Shown in pieces: positions 47,122 to 55,289 of a stretch of DNA of 64,000 nucleotides. The stretch comes from an uncultured Thermoplasmata archaeon. GTDB lineage: Archaea > Thermoplasmatota > Thermoplasmata > RBG-16-68-12. A program made the translations under genes and the position numbers. The stretch is from positions 145,691 to 209,690 of the forward strand of contig CAVYJM010000010.1 in NCBI GenBank assembly GCA_963768855.1. The letters are read 5' to 3'. Numbering within the stretch: the first letter of the stretch is position 1; each line of letters starts with the position of its first letter. The notes beneath the pieces were generated by a model. The model did not search any database. It was not told the DNA's origin and was given only the letters and a program-made list of their open reading frames with translations.

Positions 47122-47994
47122 CTATCGAACGACTTCCTCAACCTCGCGGAACCACGGCTTGGCCGTGCCCACCTTGGCCCGCTTCTCCCAATGGCGCCCC
47201 TTCGGGACGCGGTGGAGCGCCGCCTCGAGCGCACCGATGCGCGCCTCGATACGGGAGGCCTGGTCCTGCTTCATCCGGCTCTCCGCGACGAACGTGCCCA
47301 TGAGCTGGCGGGCCTTCATCAGGTTCTGCGTCGCCTCGTACCAGAACCCCCAGTCGTCCGCAAGGAGCTCCGCAATGTACCCCGCATCCACGACTTCCTT
47401 CTCTGCGTTCGACGCAGGCTTGACGTCGTGCCCCAAGAACAGGATCATCAGGTCGACGAGGTCCTTCCGACCGATCTTGTGGATCTGCAGCTTCTCAAGG
47501 ACGATGTCGGTGAGCGTGATTGTCGGGAAGTCGAGCTCCAGGCGTCCGTCGCCCGGCTTCTTCCCGAACTCGACATCGTGACTGAACTCGAGCTTGTCCA
47601 AGAAGATGTCCACGTGGAATTTCCCGTTTCCCTCGTAGTAGATGAGCCGTCGGTCCCCGAAGAAGCCGTTCACCATGTTGTCCGGTTTGAAACCTAGTTT
47701 CTCCAGAACGCCGCTGATCGCGCGCCCCTGCTTCGCGTACCCCATCAGGTCGAGGTCCGTGAACAGCGGCGTCCCGGCGCTCACGCGTCCGAGGGCATGG
47801 AAGAGAGTGATGGCTTCGGGAACATGCACGGAATGGGCGAAAATCGCAAGCGAGCCGAGGATGCGCAGCGAGGTGCCCTCGGATTGAGCCGCCTGCACGA
47901 CGGTCTGGGCTTCCTTCAGGAACTCCTGATCTCCGAGCGCCACGAACGTCAGCTCATGCGTCGCGTTCGGGTCGGATGCTGTTCTATCCGCCAA
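47122..47994 (-). CDS. Uncharacterised nucleotidyltransferase-fold protein
   Basis: LGSLAI (hG[GS]), TDLDL (DxD), HVDIF (third acidic residue), LEKLQI and KDLVD helical motifs. Confidence 0.65.
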   Translation of the reverse strand: MADRTASDPNATHELTFVALGDQEFLKEAQTVVQAAQSEGTSLRILGSLAIFAHSVHVPEAITLFHALGRVSAGTPLFTDLDLMGYAKQGRAISGVLEKLGFKPDNMVNGFFGDRRLIYYEGNGKFHVDIFLDKLEFSHDVEFGKKPGDGRLELDFPTITLTDIVLEKLQIHKIGRKDLVDLMILFLGHDVKPASNAEKEVVDAGYIAELLADDWGFWYEATQNLMKARQLMGTFVAESRMKQDQASRIEARIGALEAALHRVPKGRHWEKRAKVGTAKPWFREVEEVVR

Positions 47995-48181
47995 CGGTTG
48001 CCTCGATGCGGCCGGGCCATCCCCCTCGGTCGGCCGCGCGCGGGGCTAATCGCTCGGCTCCTATAAGTTTGTCCTCCACCGGAAGGAGTGGAGCATCTTC
48101 TCGATGCGGTCGGGAGCTCGCCTCCGAAAGCTTGAAAAGAGCCGTGCCGGTTCCTGTCACGGGGTAACAGGGAGGGGGAAC

Positions 48182-49825
48182 ATAGCACACACTGAAGTCG
48201 ACAACTTCGCGAGACGCAGTGAGCCAGCGACCGCGCAGGTGCAAGTCTTCACACGACGGGCCTCGGGTCTCGTCCGGGTGATGTCTCCATACTCTGCGTT
48301 CGCGTACAACATCCTGAACATCGGGGTCATCTTCCCATGGGTGTACATCACGACGATCATCATCTTCCCGGGGGCGAGCATCTGGCTGGGAATCCTGATC
48401 ACGGGTGCCTTCACGGGATTCCTGGCGGTCGTGTATGCCGGCCTTGCGTCCGCGATGCCACGTACGGGCGGCGACTACGTGTTCCAGAGTCGCACGTTGC
48501 GCCCCTGGTTAGGCTTCGCCGTCGTGGCGACGATGATCATCACTTTCTTCCTTCAGTGGCAGGCGCTCGCAGGCTGGCTCGTGGCCACCCTGGGGCTCTC
48601 GCCGTTGTTCACCGGGCTCGGACTCACGATGAACAGCACCACGTTCATCGACTGGGGCACGTGGTTCGGCAGCGCGACCGGCGCGATGGTTGTAACGATG
48701 GTCTCATCGACGATTGCCGCCCTCGTCCTCATCAAGAGCTTCCGTTTGTTCGTGCAGCTCCAATGGGTGATGTGGTACGGCTTCCTCCTTAGCTACTTCG
48801 TCATGGTGGCGATGTTCTTCATCACCCCGACCACATCGTTCATCAGGAGTTATGACCACGCGGCCACGGTCATCGCAGGCTCCGGCCCCAACGCGTATGC
48901 CGACGTCCTCTCGAACGCCATCTCGAACGGGTTCACCCCTTCGCGAGCCATCGATCTCTTTGGAACCCTCCTGATCACGCCCGTCGCCCTGACGAGTCTG
49001 GGGTGGGTCGGGTACGCCCAGGAACAGGCTGGGGAAATCCAGGGTGCCCAGAGCCTCCGCAACCAGATGTTCATCAACCTCGGCGGGGGCCTTGTCAGCA
49101 CCGGTATGATGGCCTTGCTCGCGTTCGCAATGGTCGGCACCGTGGACCAGAACTGGCTCGCGGCGGCTGCGGGATCGGGCGCACCGATTGTCCCCTGGTT
49201 CAGCAATCTCGCCATGGTCCTGACCGACAATCCGATCATCCTGTTCCTGATGATCATCGGGATCCTGCTCAATGCGATCCAGATTGTCTTCAACGTCATC
49301 GTCGGGTGGACTCGTGTCGCCGTTGCCATGTCGATTGACGGGGTGCTTCCGAAGATTGTGAGCCGTGTGAGCCCGCGCACGCACACGCCGGTCGTCGCGC
49401 ACCTCATCTTCCTGATCCTCGGCGGCTTCGTGTACGCCTACATCTACAACATGGTCCCCGGGTACACGAGCCTGACGTTGGCTGTCACCGCTGTGGCAAC
49501 GGTGATGTACATCGGCACCGCCGTCGGCGGGGCGGTCTTCCCGAGGACACGGCCTGAAGTCTATCGCACCTCTGCGATCGCCAAGTACAAGGTCGGCCCG
49601 ATTCCGCTGATTACGATCTGCGGGGTCATCGCGGCGGGCTTCAGTGCCTGGATGCTCTACTGGTACCTCACCGAACCCTGGCTCGGGGTCAACAGCCAGC
49701 TCTCGGAGATCATCATGGTGGCGATCTTCGTGATCTGGGTCGCCTACTACTTCGTGCGTCGCTGGTACCTGCGTCGCATCGGAGTCGACCTCGACCTCGC
49801 GTACAAGGAGGTCCCGCCGATCTAG
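48182..49825 (+). CDS. APC superfamily amino acid/amine permease
   Basis: VFTRRASGLVR, SAMPRTGGDYVFQSR, about 12 TMs. Start is either ATA 48182 after a strong SD or GTG 48239. Confidence 0.85.
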   Translation: MAHTEVDNFARRSEPATAQVQVFTRRASGLVRVMSPYSAFAYNILNIGVIFPWVYITTIIIFPGASIWLGILITGAFTGFLAVVYAGLASAMPRTGGDYVFQSRTLRPWLGFAVVATMIITFFLQWQALAGWLVATLGLSPLFTGLGLTMNSTTFIDWGTWFGSATGAMVVTMVSSTIAALVLIKSFRLFVQLQWVMWYGFLLSYFVMVAMFFITPTTSFIRSYDHAATVIAGSGPNAYADVLSNAISNGFTPSRAIDLFGTLLITPVALTSLGWVGYAQEQAGEIQGAQSLRNQMFINLGGGLVSTGMMALLAFAMVGTVDQNWLAAAAGSGAPIVPWFSNLAMVLTDNPIILFLMIIGILLNAIQIVFNVIVGWTRVAVAMSIDGVLPKIVSRVSPRTHTPVVAHLIFLILGGFVYAYIYNMVPGYTSLTLAVTAVATVMYIGTAVGGAVFPRTRPEVYRTSAIAKYKVGPIPLITICGVIAAGFSAWMLYWYLTEPWLGVNSQLSEIIMVAIFVIWVAYYFVRRWYLRRIGVDLDLAYKEVPPI

Positions 49826-49845
49826 AGGACTCCGCACACCTCTGC

Positions 49846-49869
49846 GGGCGGCCGAGGGTCCGGCCGCCC
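49846..49869. terminator. 9-bp perfect hairpin between the convergent permease and phosphoesterase genes
   Basis: GGGCGGCCG-AGGGTC-CGGCCGCCC. Confidence 0.6.
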
Positions 49870-49871
49870 CC

Positions 49872-50855
49872 TTACCCCGACGTGAACTGGTAGCTCAACA
49901 CACGGTCTCGTTCGAGATTGACGATGACTCCGCGGAGCACGCCTGTGCTGTACTCCGATCCCGGGTCGACGCAGACGGTCCCCTTTACCTTCGCCGCGTT
50001 CTTCGTCTCGTGGATGTGGCCATGGAGGCCGACAACCGGCTGGGTTTCCAGGATGGCATCCTTGATCGAGGTGCTCCCGACGGGGATCAGGATCTCCTGG
50101 CCCCCTTGGGTAATGGGTCGCGGGGGGTCCGTCGTGGCGTCGAGCTTGGGCGCGATGTCGAGCCCCGTCTCGTACGGCGGCGCGTGCATCAGGTAGATTG
50201 CGTGGGCGGGGTCCTGGACCTTGTTCATGAGGGACTCTAGGCGTTTCGCGATCTGGTCTTCCTCGAGCTCCCGCGGCGTCTTCCAAGGCGAGGGGTTGGT
50301 CCATCCGAAGCCAACCAGTTCGTGGTCGTCGTCGAATCGCACCACCTGCTCGTCCACGTAGCGGACGTGGGGAGTCGAGACCGCGTGCTCGAGGGCCTCC
50401 GCCTTGTCGTCGTTTCCACCGATCCAATACAATGGGATCCCGAGCGGCGCGAGATGCTTCTCGGCCATGTCGGTCCACCGGTGAATCTCGTCAATCATCA
50501 GTTTCGTAAAGAGGTCCTCGACCTTCTTCGGATCGGCACGAAACGCGTCGTACTCCTCTTGCGTCAAGCGGACGGGGTACGGACCCGAGTCCGCGATGGA
50601 CCGCTCGATTGGTCGCAGTTCGGCTTCGGTGAGATGTTCGCGGAGCTGTCCAGCCAGCCGTGTGGCGAACGTCCCGTCCTTCTGCTGCACGATGGGTGTG
50701 ATCGTCTTGGCGGTCAGGTCACCACCCATCATGAGCGCATCAACGTCGTAGAGCTTGGTGGTGCCGAGGAACTTCCGGAACGTGAGTTCGGAGCCGTGGA
50801 TGTCGACGGCAAGGAAGATGCGCTTGAACTTTCGCCGCGATGAGCCGAAAGGCAT
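49872..50855 (-). CDS. Icc-related calcineurin-like metallophosphoesterase
   Basis: DIHGSE, GGDLT, GGNDD, MHAPPY, GLHGHIHE, DPGSEY. Confidence 0.88.
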   Translation of the reverse strand: MPFGSSRRKFKRIFLAVDIHGSELTFRKFLGTTKLYDVDALMMGGDLTAKTITPIVQQKDGTFATRLAGQLREHLTEAELRPIERSIADSGPYPVRLTQEEYDAFRADPKKVEDLFTKLMIDEIHRWTDMAEKHLAPLGIPLYWIGGNDDKAEALEHAVSTPHVRYVDEQVVRFDDDHELVGFGWTNPSPWKTPRELEEDQIAKRLESLMNKVQDPAHAIYLMHAPPYETGLDIAPKLDATTDPPRPITQGGQEILIPVGSTSIKDAILETQPVVGLHGHIHETKNAAKVKGTVCVDPGSEYSTGVLRGVIVNLERDRVLSYQFTSG

Positions 50856-50937
50856 CGAGACGAACCGGGCACGCAACCGCAGGGCATAGCTTTTTGGGCC
50901 CGGCTTCACCCGCGGGACCTAGCCTTCCGAAACCGGG

Positions 50938-51351
50938 TCAGCTTTTCTTCGAGGGCCAGCGAGGTGCAGGCCTTCCTCGTCGCTTCTCCGGACTCTGCTT
51001 TGGGGTGGCGACGGGTGCCGCGATGACCATCCGATGGTCCGTCCGGAGGTCATTGTGTGGGTCCGGCCTCTTGGCCCTGGGGATATCGTCAAAGGGAATC
51101 TCGAGGACGCGCTTCTCCTCTCCCCGTCCCAACGTCGCGATCTTCCCCCATGGATTTGCTAGGCAGAACTGGCCGGGGAACACCGCTCCGCGCTCCACCC
51201 CTATGCGGTTCACGACCGCCACGGAGATCCCGTAGGAGTAGGCGGTCGACATGGCGATGAAGGCGTAGGGGTACGGATCGCGGCTGGGCCCGTGCTCGTC
51301 CGCCGCGAAGGCCGTCGGTGTCAGGATGAGCTTCGCCCCCTGACGTCGAAC
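50938..51351 (-). pseudogene. 5'-truncated carbon-nitrogen hydrolase (nitrilase family) remnant
   Basis: After in-frame TAG: RRQGAKLILTPTAF...VAVVNRIGVE..VFPGQFCLANPWG. The catalytic Glu/Lys/Cys half is missing. Confidence 0.65.
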
Positions 51352-51382
51352 CTATTTACGGTCCCAGCGGATAGACGGCGCG

Positions 51383-51625
51383 ATGCCGGGCCGGACGTGG
51401 AAGGGCGCGACCCCGGACGGGCTCGCGAGGCTTCGCGAGATCCTCCTTCGCCGCGGGGCGGTCGAGGACAAGGAACTCCGGAACCCGCACGAGCTCTGGC
51501 GCGTCCGGATTGAACGTGTCGTGTTCACGGCCTACCGGAGCGGCTCGCTCTGTTGCACGGGCGGCGTGCTTCCCGAACTGCCATTCCTGTATCGGACAAT
51601 CTCCGAGGTGCTTGGGGTCGACTGA
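51383..51625 (+). CDS. 80-aa protein resembling the TBP-like N-domain of RNase HIII (DUF3378-like)
   Basis: LWRVRIERVVFTAYRSGSLCCTG; TATA-like TATTTACG about 25 nt upstream. Confidence 0.5.
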   Translation: MPGRTWKGATPDGLARLREILLRRGAVEDKELRNPHELWRVRIERVVFTAYRSGSLCCTGGVLPELPFLYRTISEVLGVD

Positions 51626-51636
51626 CCCTCGCCCCA

Positions 51637-52878
51637 TCACGCGGACGGCAGGCTCGCTGGCCGGGGAGATTTCACGCGGAGGCTGAGCAGCAGGCCCGCG
51701 GCGCTCAAGGCCATTCCGATGTAGAAGGCTGGCAGGAAGCTGCCCATCTCCGTCCGGATCCAGCCTCCCGCGAACAGGGCGACGATGTTCCCTACCCCGA
51801 AGGCGGTGAACAGGACGCCGTAGTTCGCGCCGGAGTGCACAACCCCGAAGTACAGGTTCGAGAGCGCCGGCATCACGGCGAGGAAGCCGCCGAACACGAC
51901 GCCCGCTAGGGCGATGCCGAACAGGACCGTCGTCGCGTCGCTTGCCACGGAGAGTAGGACCATCGCGCCGAAGAGGCATGCGCACATGAAGAGCAGCGTC
52001 CGCCTCGGCGACCAGAGGTCCGCGATGCGCCCGAACGCGGGGCGGCCGGCGCTGTTGAACACCGCGAGGACCATGACGGCGGCCGTAGCGAGGGCGTCGC
52101 TCGCCGATCCCCGCTCCACCGCGATCGTGTGCGCGTTCCCGATGATCATGAACCCCTGGGTGGTGCCCAGCACGTACAGGACCCACGCGGTCCAGAACAA
52201 GGGGGACCGGAGCATCGCTCGCGTCCCGACCTCGGCGAACGGCCTCCACGGATGCCGCGTCCGGGCCACGAGCTCCTCGGGAGGCCGCCACGGCTCCGGC
52301 GGGAAGCGGAGGAGGAGGGCGAGCGGGACGAGGGTCACGAAGAACAGGATTCCCAGGATCAGGAAGGTGGTCGGGACCCCGTACAGTCCTATGAGCAGGC
52401 TCGCGAGCGGAGCAGTGACCACGGGCGAGAGCCCGACGCCCATCACGACGATGCCCGAGGCCAGTCCCTTGCGCACGGGGAACCAGCGGACCGCGGTCGT
52501 GATCGTCGGGTTGTAGGCGAATCCGGTCCCGAGGCCGACGAGGCCCCCGTAGACTAGGGTGAGCGTGACCATGGGCCAGGGCGTCCGGTCCATGAGGGAG
52601 GAGAGCAGGTACCCCGCGCTGAAGACAACCGCCCCCGCGAGCGCGACCCGGCGAGGGCCATGGCGGTCCACGAGGCGTCCCGCGAAGATCATGCCCACCG
52701 CGAACATCGCCATCGCGACCGCGAACGGAAGGAGTGCGGTGAAGTCATCCGCACCCGCGCTGCCGAACTCCGCGATGAGGGCGTCCTTGATGACGCTCCA
52801 CGAGTACGCCGTCCCGAGAAGCAGATTCATCCCCAGGCCGACGGCCAGGTAGGCTCCGCGGGGAATCCTCGCCGGCAT
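51637..52878 (-). CDS. OFA (oxalate/formate antiporter) family MFS transporter
   Basis: GTAYSWS, AGRLVDRHGPR, YGGLVGLGTGFAY, RWFPVRKGLASG, FNSAGRPAFG, NYGVLFTAFG. Confidence 0.85.
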   Translation of the reverse strand: MPARIPRGAYLAVGLGMNLLLGTAYSWSVIKDALIAEFGSAGADDFTALLPFAVAMAMFAVGMIFAGRLVDRHGPRRVALAGAVVFSAGYLLSSLMDRTPWPMVTLTLVYGGLVGLGTGFAYNPTITTAVRWFPVRKGLASGIVVMGVGLSPVVTAPLASLLIGLYGVPTTFLILGILFFVTLVPLALLLRFPPEPWRPPEELVARTRHPWRPFAEVGTRAMLRSPLFWTAWVLYVLGTTQGFMIIGNAHTIAVERGSASDALATAAVMVLAVFNSAGRPAFGRIADLWSPRRTLLFMCACLFGAMVLLSVASDATTVLFGIALAGVVFGGFLAVMPALSNLYFGVVHSGANYGVLFTAFGVGNIVALFAGGWIRTEMGSFLPAFYIGMALSAAGLLLSLRVKSPRPASLPSA

Positions 52879-52945
52879 GGATGCGCCTCATCCGGATGCA
52901 GGCGTCAAAAGCCTATGGAACATACCGTAGCCGATGGAGGGCGCG

Positions 52946-53494
52946 TCAGTGGCGCTGGAGCGCCTTGCGAATCACGAGCCCCGCGAGGCGCCAGAACACT
53001 TCCTCGACGTTCTCCCCCGTCTTCGCGGAGGTCTTCACGATGTCGCAGTCAAAGGCGTGCGCGAACTTCCGGAGGCTCGTCTCGGGGATGTGGCGCTCCG
53101 CGGGCAAGTCCACCTTGTTCATGGCGAGGACGATCGGGACCGCGCCTGCGATCCGGTCGATCTGGTCGATCCAGATGTAGAGGTCATCGAGGGTCTCCGG
53201 CCGCGTGACGTCCGCGACCGCGAGGATGCCCTGCGCCCCCCCGAAGTACTGCTCCTGGAGGAGCTCGCGGAACCCCATCTGGCCCATGATGTCCCAGACG
53301 AGCAGGTTGACCATGACGGGATCCTCGTCGGGGAGCGGGACGCTGACCTGCTTCTTCGACACCTTCGTGCCGACGGTCGCAATGTAGTGGTCGTCGAACT
53401 CGTTCAGGACGTACCGCCGGACGAGGCTCGTCTTCCCGACGGAGCTTGCGCCCGCGAGGCAGAGCTTCGCCTTCATGATGTCCCGGTCGCCCAT
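52946..53494 (-). CDS. Rab/Ras-like small GTPase
   Basis: G1 GASSVGKT, G2 YIATVG, G3 WDIMGQ, G4 NKVD, G5 TSAKTGENVEEVF. Confidence 0.9.
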   Translation of the reverse strand: MGDRDIMKAKLCLAGASSVGKTSLVRRYVLNEFDDHYIATVGTKVSKKQVSVPLPDEDPVMVNLLVWDIMGQMGFRELLQEQYFGGAQGILAVADVTRPETLDDLYIWIDQIDRIAGAVPIVLAMNKVDLPAERHIPETSLRKFAHAFDCDIVKTSAKTGENVEEVFWRLAGLVIRKALQRH

Positions 53495-53584
53495 GATCCC
53501 CGTCGGCAGAGAGAGGTGGCACCGCGGATGACTTAACGGTTCCCTTCCGGGTCTCGCGGGTGATTGTACTCGGATCCGGACGGC

Positions 53585-55228
53585 TCACATCACGTAGGAG
53601 CCGGTGCCCGCGTTCGAGGCCGGATCGACGAGCACGTTGACGACGGCGGGCTTGCCGCTCGCGAAAGCCCGCTCGATCGCGGGACCGACCTCGCCGGGAT
53701 CGTCGACGAACTCCCCGTGCCCGCCGAGGGCCTTCGCCATCTCCTCGTATCGCGTCGCCTCGCCCAGGCGGGTCGCGACGGATCGCGCCTCCCCGTAGAG
53801 GCCGATCTGGGGTCCGCGGATTTGCGCCCACGCGCCGTCGTTTCCGATCACGGCGACGACGGGCACCGCGTGCCGCACGAGGGTGTCGATCTCCATCCCC
53901 GAGATGCCGAACGCGCCGTCTCCGAGGAGCGCGAGCACGCGTTTCTCCGGCCTCGCGATCTTGGCCGCGAGTGCGAAAGGGAGTCCCATGCCCAGGCATC
54001 CGAACCGCCCCGGGTCGAGCCAGCTTCCCGGCCACGGCGCCCGGATGACTTTGGATCCCGATGCCACGATGTTCCCCCCGTCCCCGACGACGATCGTGTC
54101 CTCCCCGACGAACCGGTCGATCTCCCGCGCCAGGCGGAGGGCGTGGACGGGTCGCAGGTCCGAGCCCGCCCCCTCGTCGAGCTTGGCGCGCTTGGCGGAC
54201 TCGATGGACCGCAACCTCTCCAGCCATGGCGTCGGCTCGCGGACGTGCAGCTCCTTGAGGGAGGCCGCGAGCTGCCGGGCGACGATCCCGACGTCCCCGA
54301 CGAGGCCGACCTCGACGGCCCGGTTGTGTCCGATCGTGTCGCCCGCGACATCCGCCATGAGGATCCGCGCGTCCGCCGCGATCGCGGGCGCCTGTCCGTA
54401 CCCGAGGCGGAAGTCGAACGGGGCGCCGAGGTCGAGGACCACGTCCGCTTCCTCGAGGGCCTTGCCCCGGGAGAGCGCGAGGAAGTAGGGATGGTCCGGG
54501 GGGAGGGCTCCCCGGGCCAGGGAGTTCAGGTAGACCGGGGCGCGCAGGACGTCGGCCAGGACGCGCAACCCGCCCGCATCCGCGCTCCAGCGAAGGGAGG
54601 TTCCCGCGATGACCGCCGGGCGTTCGGCCGCCGCGAGGATCTCGGCGGCGCGGCGGACCTCATCCGGATGGGCCCAGACCGGGGCCCGTGAACGGCTCGC
54701 GGCCCCCCAGTCCACGCTCCCCGCCGCGACCTCGTCGAACAGGACGTCCCACGGCACCTCGAGGAAGACAGGGCCCGTGCGCGGGCTCGAGGCATGGCGG
54801 AACGCGTCCGAGACGAACTCGGGGAGCCGCTTGGCCTGGCCGCAGGACTGCGCCCACTTCGTGACGGGTTCAAGGATGCGGACGTGCGGGGTCTCTTGGA
54901 GTCCTCCCTGGTCCTGGCGACCCGTCTCCGCCTGGCCCCCGAGGAGGACGACGGGCGAGTCGCTGTTCCTCGCGTTGACGATCGCGGTCAGGGAGTTGCA
55001 GACGCCGGGACCCGCGGTCACCGCCGCGACGCCGACCTCGCCGGTCACGCGCGCCCACGCGTCCGCAGCAAACGCGGCGGTCTGCTCATGCCGCACGTCG
55101 ATGACCCGGATGCCGTGGTCGAGGCAGCCCTCGTAGATCGGGAGGATGTGGCCCCCGCAGAGGGTGAAGACGACCTTCGTCCCCTCCTTCGCCAGAGCCT
55201 CCCCGACGAGCTGGCCCCCCGTGGGCAT
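53585..55228 (-). CDS. ThDP-dependent enzyme of the 2-hydroxyacyl-CoA lyase/IlvB-like clade
   Basis: FTLCGGHI, RHEQTAAFAADAWARVTG, TAGPG, WLDPGRFGCLGMG, GDGAFG...GND. Confidence 0.85.
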   Translation of the reverse strand: MPTGGQLVGEALAKEGTKVVFTLCGGHILPIYEGCLDHGIRVIDVRHEQTAAFAADAWARVTGEVGVAAVTAGPGVCNSLTAIVNARNSDSPVVLLGGQAETGRQDQGGLQETPHVRILEPVTKWAQSCGQAKRLPEFVSDAFRHASSPRTGPVFLEVPWDVLFDEVAAGSVDWGAASRSRAPVWAHPDEVRRAAEILAAAERPAVIAGTSLRWSADAGGLRVLADVLRAPVYLNSLARGALPPDHPYFLALSRGKALEEADVVLDLGAPFDFRLGYGQAPAIAADARILMADVAGDTIGHNRAVEVGLVGDVGIVARQLAASLKELHVREPTPWLERLRSIESAKRAKLDEGAGSDLRPVHALRLAREIDRFVGEDTIVVGDGGNIVASGSKVIRAPWPGSWLDPGRFGCLGMGLPFALAAKIARPEKRVLALLGDGAFGISGMEIDTLVRHAVPVVAVIGNDGAWAQIRGPQIGLYGEARSVATRLGEATRYEEMAKALGGHGEFVDDPGEVGPAIERAFASGKPAVVNVLVDPASNAGTGSYVM

Positions 55229-55289
55229 GGCCCGTGGCACCGGCGAGGGCGGAGATATAGGTATGGGGATTCGGCATCCCGAAAGGCGG

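Noticed and set aside
40657-51400. Integrative element at tRNA-Thr or tRNA-Leu
   Set aside because: No integrase, and no repeat of either tRNA 3' end was seen in the window.
52881-52906. REP-like palindrome around CATCCGGATG before the OFA transporter
   Set aside because: Single copy in the window and short; at most a local operator.
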